NCBI GenBank assembly: GCA_035577025.1
Contig: DATLVU010000027.1
Coordinates: forward strand, 6,021 to 70,020
Length of the DNA: 64,000 bases
Origin: Gemmatimonadales bacterium
Lineage (GTDB): Bacteria; Gemmatimonadota; Gemmatimonadetes; Gemmatimonadales; GWC2-71-9
Direction: 5' to 3'
Made by a program: the position numbers and the translations under genes. The notes beneath the pieces are model-generated. The model ran no database searches. It worked only from the letters and a program-made list of their open reading frames with translations, and had not been told where the DNA came from. Shown piece after piece: positions 1 to 6,526 of the stretch (its first letter is position 1; every line of letters begins with the position of its first letter).

Positions 1-779
1 CGACGCTGCGCGTCGCGAACGAGCTCGTACAGCACGCGCTGCGGCTCGCTCGCCCGCGCGCCCACGACCACCGTGCGCGTGATATCCGCGCAGTAGCCGT
101 CCACTTGGGCGCCGAAGTCTAGCAGCAGCCATTCGCCGGCCGCGACGGCGCGGCGACTCGAACGTGCGTGCGGCAGCGCGCTGCGGGGTCCGGACGCGAC
201 GATGGTCGCGAACGGGTGGCCCTCGCTCCCCCGTCGCCGCAACGCCTCCTCCAGGAGGCCGGCGATCGCGAGCTCCGTCATGCCGGGCCGCACGTGCGAG
301 AGCGTCTCCCGGAGGGCTTCGCCGGCGAGCGCCGCCGCGCTCCGAATCGCGGCGACCTCCGATTCGTCCTTCGTCGCCCGTAGGCGTTCGACCAAGTCGG
401 TCGTGGCTTGCCAGCGCCACGCACTGCCCGCCTGCGTGAAGCGCTCCGCGTCGTGAACGGTCAGCGCGTGCCCCTCGAACCCCAGCCGCTCGAGCGGCCC
501 CAGCGTGGCGAGCTCCTTGAAGAAGCGATCCCACACGCTGGTGCCGTCGACCTCGATGCGGGCCACGGCGCCCGCTTCGGCACGAGCCTGCTCATCGTAA
601 CGAAAGTCCGTGACGAGCAAGACGTCCGCCCGTGTGATCGCCACCAGGGCCGCCGAGCCCGAAAAGCCCGTGAGGTAGCGGACGTTGGCGTGGGACGACA
701 CGAGGAGGCCATCCAGCCCTTCCGGGTCCAGCAACCGGATCAGCGCGTCCTGCCGCGCGCGCCGGCGGTCAGCCGCCAT
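1..779 (-). CDS. pepP: Xaa-Pro aminopeptidase / M24B peptidase, N-terminal ~259 codons (3' end beyond window edge)
   Basis: Hand translation of the minus strand from ATG 777-779 gives MAADRRRARQDALIRLLDPEGLDGLLVSSHANVRYLTGFS ... DFGAQVDGYCADITRTVVVG, a creatinase-like N domain followed by an M24 core. It is absent from the ORF track because it runs off the window. Confidence 0.75.
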   Translation of the reverse strand, partial: MAADRRRARQDALIRLLDPEGLDGLLVSSHANVRYLTGFSGSAALVAITRADVLLVTDFRYDEQARAEAGAVARIEVDGTSVWDRFFKELATLGPLERLGFEGHALTVHDAERFTQAGSAWRWQATTDLVERLRATKDESEVAAIRSAAALAGEALRETLSHVRPGMTELAIAGLLEEALRRRGSEGHPFATIVASGPRSALPHARSSRRAVAAGEWLLLDFGAQVDGYCADITRTVVVGARASEPQRVLYELVRDAQR

Positions 780-1215
780 GGCGGGCCTGGAGATAACCGA
801 CCAAGCCCTCGAGTCCCAGCCGATAACTCTCCGCGCCGAATCCCGTCACCACGCCCACCGCCGCGTCGGCCAGCAGCGAGCGCCGGCGCTCCGGCTCGCG
901 GCCGAAAATGTTGGACAGGTGCACCTCGACGAAGGGCACCCGCACCGCGAGCAACGCATCCCGTACCGCGAGACTCGTGTGGGTGAAGGCGGCCGCATTG
1001 ATGACCAGCCCGTCCGCCTCGCCCTTGAGCCGTTGGATGGCCTCCACGAGCTCGCCCTCGTGATTCGTCTGCGTCCACGACACCTCGACGCCGAGCGTCT
1101 GCGCTTGCGCTCGGGTCCGTGTCTCGATCTCCGCCAGGCTCGTGCGCCCGTACAACTCCGGCTCGCGCTCGCCCAGCAGATTCAGGTTCGGGCCGTTCAG
1201 CACGGCGATGTGCAC
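769..1215 (-). CDS. aroQ: 3-dehydroquinate dehydratase, type II
   Basis: ORF track 769..1239. Motifs VLNGPNLNLLGEREPELYG and VHLSNI are present. I trimmed the start to GTG 1213-1215, which overlaps the upstream stop (TAGTG). TTG 1239 is the alternative start. Confidence 0.9.
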   Translation of the reverse strand: MHIAVLNGPNLNLLGEREPELYGRTSLAEIETRTRAQAQTLGVEVSWTQTNHEGELVEAIQRLKGEADGLVINAAAFTHTSLAVRDALLAVRVPFVEVHLSNIFGREPERRRSLLADAAVGVVTGFGAESYRLGLEGLVGYLQARHGG

Positions 1216-3014
1216 TATGACTTGAGGCCCCGGAGCCAAGCCTGGAACTGATCGAGATCGCTTTCGTCCTCGACCGGGGGCATGGCCCTGCCGCCGGAGG
1301 GCCGAGGCGGCGCGTCCGGCGACCCGCTCGCCGCGGGCGACGCCCCTGGGCCGGGGCCGGGGCCGGGGACGGGGGCGGAGGCGGGGGCGGGGGCGGGGGC
1401 GGGGCTGAAAAACTGATCGAAAGAAAACCCTCCGCTCGGCGCGGCCGGAGGTGGGGTGGGCTCGGCCGCCAACGGTGGCGAGGCGGCAGGCGCCGCCGGT
1501 ATCGAGCTCCGGGGGCCTTCGTCCCCGAAGACCTCGTCGAGCGAGATGCCCTCCGACGCCGGTCGCGTCGCTTCGCCCGGCGCGGCGGCGCCCGGATCCG
1601 TTTCGACCTCGGGCGGCACGACCGCAAACGCGCGCTCGAGTGGGGATCGGCCGCCGGACGGCCGCGCATCCGTGGACGCCGCGGGCCCTTCCCCGGGGCG
1701 GGCAGCCAAGATGCGTCTTAAGAACGCCTGGACGTTTTCTCCGCCGGCCCGGCCCGCGTCGGCACGCGCCTGCTTTCGCCCCCCGGGGGTGAGCGACTCG
1801 ACTCGCGAGCGCAACCGCGCGTCCCCGGGACGTTGTGCCAGCAACGCCTGGTACACGCGCAACGCGTCATCTTGGTGCCCCTGTCGCAGGTACAGCTCGG
1901 CCATCGTCTCGGTCAGCACCGGCTCAGCCCGGGAGAGCGCCGCCGCATCCGCCGCTCCATCGTCGTCGGACAGCGCGACTGCCGCCGGCGGCTGAGGAGT
2001 CGGCGCTGGCGGCCGGGGCGTCGGCGGGGACCGAGGCGCCGGGGGCGACGGCAGCGGCGGGACCGGCGGGGGTGTCGGCGCCGCGTCGGCGACTCGGGCG
2101 GGCGTGGCCGGCACCGCTTCCGGCACGTCGTCCGGCATGATGAGCGGGAGATCGATCTTGGGGAATCCCCCTCCGTCGTCAAGCTCCACCTCCAGTGGCT
2201 TGGCAAAGATCCCGCTCTCGTACTGTGTATGTGCGAGCCCCTCGACCACGAGGTCTTGCGGCGTGAGCTGCACTTCCTCCTGGACCTCGATGCCATCCGC
2301 CTTGGCCGCATCGCGCGCGGCCGCATTGAAATCGATCGTGCCATCGAAGGTCTCGATGTCGGCCGGCGCGCCCTTCACGTCGAGGGTCGGAGACGTGGGA
2401 CCGTCAGACGCGTGTTCGATCACGAAGTCCGGCTGCGCTGCGGCCGGGGGAGCCGGGGAAGCGGCGGGAGCCGGGGTCGAGACCGCCCGTTGCGGCCCCG
2501 AGGGTTGGCGGGCCGCGGGTGGTCGGGGCGCGGGCCGGGCCGCTGTCTGCAGCGTCTCGGGCACGATCCTCGCCACGGGCTCCGGGCTCTTGGGCGCCGA
2601 AGGCTGCGCGGCTTTCGCTTTGGCGCGTGCGAGATGCTCGGCGGCCTCGCCGTTCATTGGGTCGGCGGCGAGCAAGCGTCCCAGCCACACGACTGCCTGG
2701 TCGAAACGCCCGCTCCGCTCGGCGATCTCCGCCAGCATCTTCAGGGCGAGCACATTTTCGGGGTCGAGCGCCAGCACCCTTTGGAACACTTCGGAGGCGC
2801 CCGCGTCGTTTTTCTGGTCGATCAGGCAGCGCGCGTGCACGATGTGCGCGCTGACATAATCGGGGTGGAGCTGGAGACCGGCGGTACACAGCTCGAGGGC
2901 CCTATCTAGTTCTCCCGCTTTACGATAGGCGTCGGCGAGGGGTGCGAAGTTCCGCCCCTTGGGATTCTCGGCCCACCGCTTTTCGAGCTTTTCTATTTCG
3001 CTGGTGTAGGCCAC
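1215..3014 (-). CDS. TPR-repeat protein with long Pro/Ala-rich linkers, function unknown
   Basis: ORF 599 aa. It has N-terminal TPR-like helices (AYRKAGELDRALELCTAGLQLHPDY, VLALDPENVLALKMLAEIAERSG) and a second block (AELYLRQGHQDDALRVYQALLAQRPGD). Low-complexity P/A linkers join them, and three acidic-aromatic motifs sit near the C terminus. Confidence 0.7.
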   Translation of the reverse strand: MAYTSEIEKLEKRWAENPKGRNFAPLADAYRKAGELDRALELCTAGLQLHPDYVSAHIVHARCLIDQKNDAGASEVFQRVLALDPENVLALKMLAEIAERSGRFDQAVVWLGRLLAADPMNGEAAEHLARAKAKAAQPSAPKSPEPVARIVPETLQTAARPAPRPPAARQPSGPQRAVSTPAPAASPAPPAAAQPDFVIEHASDGPTSPTLDVKGAPADIETFDGTIDFNAAARDAAKADGIEVQEEVQLTPQDLVVEGLAHTQYESGIFAKPLEVELDDGGGFPKIDLPLIMPDDVPEAVPATPARVADAAPTPPPVPPLPSPPAPRSPPTPRPPAPTPQPPAAVALSDDDGAADAAALSRAEPVLTETMAELYLRQGHQDDALRVYQALLAQRPGDARLRSRVESLTPGGRKQARADAGRAGGENVQAFLRRILAARPGEGPAASTDARPSGGRSPLERAFAVVPPEVETDPGAAAPGEATRPASEGISLDEVFGDEGPRSSIPAAPAASPPLAAEPTPPPAAPSGGFSFDQFFSPAPAPAPASAPVPGPGPGPGASPAASGSPDAPPRPSGGRAMPPVEDESDLDQFQAWLRGLKS

Positions 3015-3091
3015 GGCCTAAGTAGTTGGGAGAATTGAACGAAGATAGTGTTTGCTCGGTCGCGCTGTCAATCGGATTTTGTGCGGGCCGC

Positions 3092-3120
3092 TTGAGTTTG
3101 CGCGTTGTCGCACTTAGACT
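3092..3120 (+). promoter_or_regulatory. Candidate sigma70-type promoter for the ppiD-like gene
   Basis: TTGAGT (3092-3097), a 17-nt spacer, then TAGACT (3115-3120) in the AT-richer divergent intergenic region. GGAG lies about 10 nt before ATG 3160. Pattern match only. Confidence 0.3.
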
Positions 3121-3159
3121 TATGCCCCTCCTCACCCGTATCCGCTGGAGTTCTGGTAG

Positions 3160-5001
3160 ATGATCCGCGCGATGAAGTCGATTACCAAGCCCGTCTTCTG
3201 GGTTGTCGCCATCTCGTTCATCGGTTGGATGGCCTACGGTCAGGTGCAGGACTTCGTTCAGGGCGGCAAGGACGTGGTCCTCAAGGTCGACGGCAGAGTC
3301 GTGCGCCAACAGCCGTTCCAGCAGCAGTACCAGTCGACGCTCGACCAATACCGCCGCCAGCAGGGTGGCGGTCGCCTGTCGCGCGAGGACGAGCAGCAGG
3401 TTCAAAATCGCGTCGCCGACCAGTTCATCCAAAATATCCTGCTCGACCGCGCGTACCAACGTCTCGGGATCGGCATTTCCGACGAGGAAATCCGGGAAGC
3501 GGCCCGGAGCTCGCCGCCGCCGCAGATTCTCGATCAGGTCATGCGGGACGCGACGTTCCAAACGGACGGCCGGTTCGATATCACCAAGTGGCAGCGCTAC
3601 CTCTCGACCGCCGGAGCGGATTTCCAGGTGCAGGTGGAGCAGCTGTACCGTGAATACCTGCCCCAGCGCAAGCTCGAGGACTATCTCACCGCGGACGTCT
3701 ACGTCTCCGACGCGAAGTTGTGGCGCATCTGGCGTGACCAGCACGAATCCGTGACGGTCGCGTTGCTCGCGATCCGTCCGGAGGACATTCCGGACTCGCT
3801 GGCGCCGGTCTCGGAAGGCGAGCTGCAGCGTTACTACGGCGCGCACGAGACGGGGCTCAAGCGCCCGGGGGCGGCGTGGCTCAGCTATCTGATGGTCCCG
3901 CGGATCCCGGACAGCGCCGACAGCGCGGCCGCGCGGACGCATGTCCACGCGCTCCGCGCGGACATCGCGGCGGGGAAGACGAAGTTCGAGGACGCGGCCA
4001 AGCGGGAATCGGCAGACTCGGGGAGCGCGGCACGCGGCGGGGACCTCGGCTGGGTGAAGCGTGACGCGCCCGGATTCGTGCCGCCGTTCGCCGCCGCCCT
4101 GCGCCGCCTCTCTCCGGGCGTGCTCAGCGAGCCTGTGCTCACGGAGTTCGGCTATCATCTGATTCGCGTCGACGCCGCGAAGGGCGATTCGGTGCACGTC
4201 CGTCACATCCTCATCCCGATTGCGCTGCTCGCCAAGCACCTCGACGCCGTCGATGCGCGCACCGACTCCCTCGACCGGCTGGCGGCGGAGCAAACCGCGG
4301 GCTCGCGGCTCGACAGCGCCGCGCGCGCGCTTCATCTGTCGGTCGCCTCGACCCCGAAGCTTGTTCAGGGCGAAGGGTTGTCGCTCAACGGCCGCGCCGT
4401 CCCCGACGTGAGCATCTGGGCGTTCGAAGGGCGCGCGCCGGGTGAAACGAGTCCCGTGATCGACGGAGACCACGCGAGTTACGTGTTCCGGCTCGACTCG
4501 GTTCAGGCGGAGGGTGTGCCGCCCTTGGACCAGGTCCGAGCCCGTGTCGTGGCGGCAGTGCGGTACGAAAAGAAGAAAGCCCTCGCCCGAACACGAGCGG
4601 AACAGGTTGCAGAGAAGCTTCGGAACGCGAGCGATCTCCTCACGGCGGGTCGGGCGATGGGATACCCCGTCGAGCGGCTGGGTCCCTTCACTCGGGTGAC
4701 GGCGCCGTCCCACTTCGTGCGCAACCCGATGGCGCTCGGCGCGGCGTTCGGTCTTCGGCCGGGGGAAAAGAGTGGCGTGGTCACCGGCGATGCCGGCAGC
4801 TTCCTGCTCCAGGTGCTGGCGCACCAGAACGCGGACTCGAGCGCTTGGTTCAAGCAGCGGACGCAACAACGTGAGACCCTGATGCGCCCGCTGGTGCAGG
4901 CACGCGTGCAACAGTACCTGGCCGCGCTGCGCGCGGACGCCAAGATCGTGGACCGGCGGAGCGAGATCTACCGCTCGACGGCGAACAGCGGCGGCAGCTA
5001 G
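3160..5001 (+). CDS. ppiD: Periplasmic chaperone / peptidyl-prolyl isomerase, PpiD-SurA-like
   Basis: ORF 613 aa. It has an N-terminal TM segment (VFWVVAISFIGWMAYG) and a parvulin signature (GGDLGWVKRDAPGFVPPF...TEFGYHLIRVD). Confidence 0.75.
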   Translation: MIRAMKSITKPVFWVVAISFIGWMAYGQVQDFVQGGKDVVLKVDGRVVRQQPFQQQYQSTLDQYRRQQGGGRLSREDEQQVQNRVADQFIQNILLDRAYQRLGIGISDEEIREAARSSPPPQILDQVMRDATFQTDGRFDITKWQRYLSTAGADFQVQVEQLYREYLPQRKLEDYLTADVYVSDAKLWRIWRDQHESVTVALLAIRPEDIPDSLAPVSEGELQRYYGAHETGLKRPGAAWLSYLMVPRIPDSADSAAARTHVHALRADIAAGKTKFEDAAKRESADSGSAARGGDLGWVKRDAPGFVPPFAAALRRLSPGVLSEPVLTEFGYHLIRVDAAKGDSVHVRHILIPIALLAKHLDAVDARTDSLDRLAAEQTAGSRLDSAARALHLSVASTPKLVQGEGLSLNGRAVPDVSIWAFEGRAPGETSPVIDGDHASYVFRLDSVQAEGVPPLDQVRARVVAAVRYEKKKALARTRAEQVAEKLRNASDLLTAGRAMGYPVERLGPFTRVTAPSHFVRNPMALGAAFGLRPGEKSGVVTGDAGSFLLQVLAHQNADSSAWFKQRTQQRETLMRPLVQARVQQYLAALRADAKIVDRRSEIYRSTANSGGS

Positions 5002-5246
5002 TCGCTCAGGCGCTTCGGATCACCGCTCGAGGAGAGCGGCCCGGATCCCGATCCGCTCGTAGGAGGCTGGACGTTGCGCGGCGGGGAGGGTGGATCGTCG
5101 CTCGTGGCGTCCTTCAGGCTGCGCTTGAACTCCTTGATCCCCTGCCCCAACGAGGACCCGATCTCCGGGATCCGCTTCGCGCCGAACACCAGCACCAGCA
5201 CGAGCAGCAGGATGAGGATGTGGCTGAAGGACAGGTCCCCGAACAT
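4998..5246 (-). CDS. tatA: Twin-arginine translocase subunit TatA/E
   Basis: The 82-aa product MFGDLSFSHILILLLVLVLVFGAKRIPEIGSSLGQGIKEFKRSL has the typical TatA TM helix and amphipathic helix. Confidence 0.85.
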   Translation of the reverse strand: MFGDLSFSHILILLLVLVLVFGAKRIPEIGSSLGQGIKEFKRSLKDATSDDPPSPPRNVQPPTSGSGSGPLSSSGDPKRLSD

Positions 5247-5259
5247 AACGCGCCTCGCT

Positions 5260-5532
5260 TCAAAAGATCGATCGGGCGACGTAATACGCGATCGCCACGC
5301 CTACGAGCGCCAGCAGCGACACGTCGAATCCGATCGGCCCCAGCGTGATCGACACGACTAGGAGGTCCATGTGGACGGGCCCGAGTGTGGGGGTCACCGC
5401 CCAGGTAAAGATCTCCTTGGCCGGCCCCTGCGGTAGGAAGCGCCGCAACAGCGAGTGGACGAACCCGCCGAGCACGAAGCCCGCCGCCAGCACTCCGAGG
5501 TAAAATAGCGGCCTGCGCGGGCCTTGCGCCAT
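5260..5532 (-). CDS. Small integral membrane protein (DUF4321-like from memory)
   Basis: 90 aa with three hydrophobic segments. It is tightly packed between the polyprenyl synthase gene and tatA. Confidence 0.5.
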   Translation of the reverse strand: MAQGPRRPLFYLGVLAAGFVLGGFVHSLLRRFLPQGPAKEIFTWAVTPTLGPVHMDLLVVSITLGPIGFDVSLLALVGVAIAYYVARSIF

Positions 5533-5535
5533 TGG

Positions 5536-6525
5536 CTAGCTGCGCCGCTCCACGGCGTACGCGATGCTGTCGCGCAGGGCGTCGCGCGCGCCGGATGGGG
5601 CCAGGATGTCCAGCTCCGCTTCGGCCTGTTGGGCCAGCTCGAGCGCCCGGCGGCGGGCGTACTCCAGGCCGCCGCGTGCCGCCACGAGCCGGACCACCTC
5701 GGTCACCAGGCCGTCGCCGGGCGCCGGCTCCGCCATCAAGTCCCCCACGACGCGCCGCTCGGCGGGGCTCATGGCGTCGAGCGCCGCGATGAGTGGGAGC
5801 GTCACCTTGTGCTCCCGCAGGTCGAGGCCCGAGGGCTTGCCCGTCACGGCTTGGGCTTCGGTGTAGTCCAGGAGGTCGTCAGCGATCTGGAATGCCATGC
5901 CGAGCCGCATGCCGAAGCGCGCGAGCGCCGCGCGCGGCGCGGGCGCGGCGCGCAACGCGCCCACTTCGCAGGCCCCCGACAGGAGCGACGCGGTCTTCGC
6001 GCGGATCAGCTGATCGTACTCGGCCTCGCCGAACGCCAGCTTGTCGTGCGCCTCCAGCTGGCGCATCTCGCCGATCGTCATTTCGTTCGTGACGCGGGCG
6101 AACACCCGCAGCGGCTCGAGGTCGTCGAGCTCGACCAGCTCGATGATCGCGCGCGAGTAGAGATAGTCGCCCATGATCACGGCGATCTGATGCGAGAAGA
6201 GCGCGTTGATGGTCGGGAGTCCCCGCCGGAGCGTCGAATGGTCCACCGAATCGTCGTGGACGAGTGTCGCGAGATGGATCAGCTCCACGATCGCGGCGAG
6301 GGTGACGGCGCGAGCATCGTCCGACCCACTCGCGTGATTCGACAGCAAGAGCAGCGTGGGGCGAAACAATTTCCCCTTCATGTGCAGCAAATGCTCGTTC
6401 ACTTCGGCGATGAGCGGGAAATCAGCCGCGATGATGCGCTGCAGCTCCGTCGCCACCTGCGCGAGCTCGGCCGCGACAGGGCGTTGCAGCTCCCGCAGGG
6501 CGATCGGCGCGACCTGTTGGCTCAT
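5536..6525 (-). CDS. Long-chain polyprenyl diphosphate synthase (IspB-type)
   Basis: Both Asp-rich motifs are present: LIHLATLVHDDSVDHSTLRRG and AFQIADDLLDY. I trimmed the start to ATG 6523-6525, 1 nt after the upstream stop at 6527-6529. The ORF track extends to 6603. Confidence 0.85.
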   Translation of the reverse strand: MSQQVAPIALRELQRPVAAELAQVATELQRIIAADFPLIAEVNEHLLHMKGKLFRPTLLLLSNHASGSDDARAVTLAAIVELIHLATLVHDDSVDHSTLRRGLPTINALFSHQIAVIMGDYLYSRAIIELVELDDLEPLRVFARVTNEMTIGEMRQLEAHDKLAFGEAEYDQLIRAKTASLLSGACEVGALRAAPAPRAALARFGMRLGMAFQIADDLLDYTEAQAVTGKPSGLDLREHKVTLPLIAALDAMSPAERRVVGDLMAEPAPGDGLVTEVVRLVAARGGLEYARRRALELAQQAEAELDILAPSGARDALRDSIAYAVERRS

Positions 6526-6526
6526 C

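Noticed and set aside
740-1669. Arg/Pro-rich 309-aa ORF, and many similar alternate-frame ORFs in the track.
   Set aside because: These are out-of-frame overlaps with aroQ and the TPR gene. The RRRPRR-type composition is typical of wrong-frame GC-rich translation.
2920-4911. A 663-aa minus-strand ORF opposite the ppiD-like gene.
   Set aside because: It lies entirely antisense to a gene with clear PPIase/chaperone motifs. Its Arg/Leu/Glu/Val-rich translation has no recognisable motifs. Long stop-free antisense frames are expected at this G+C content.
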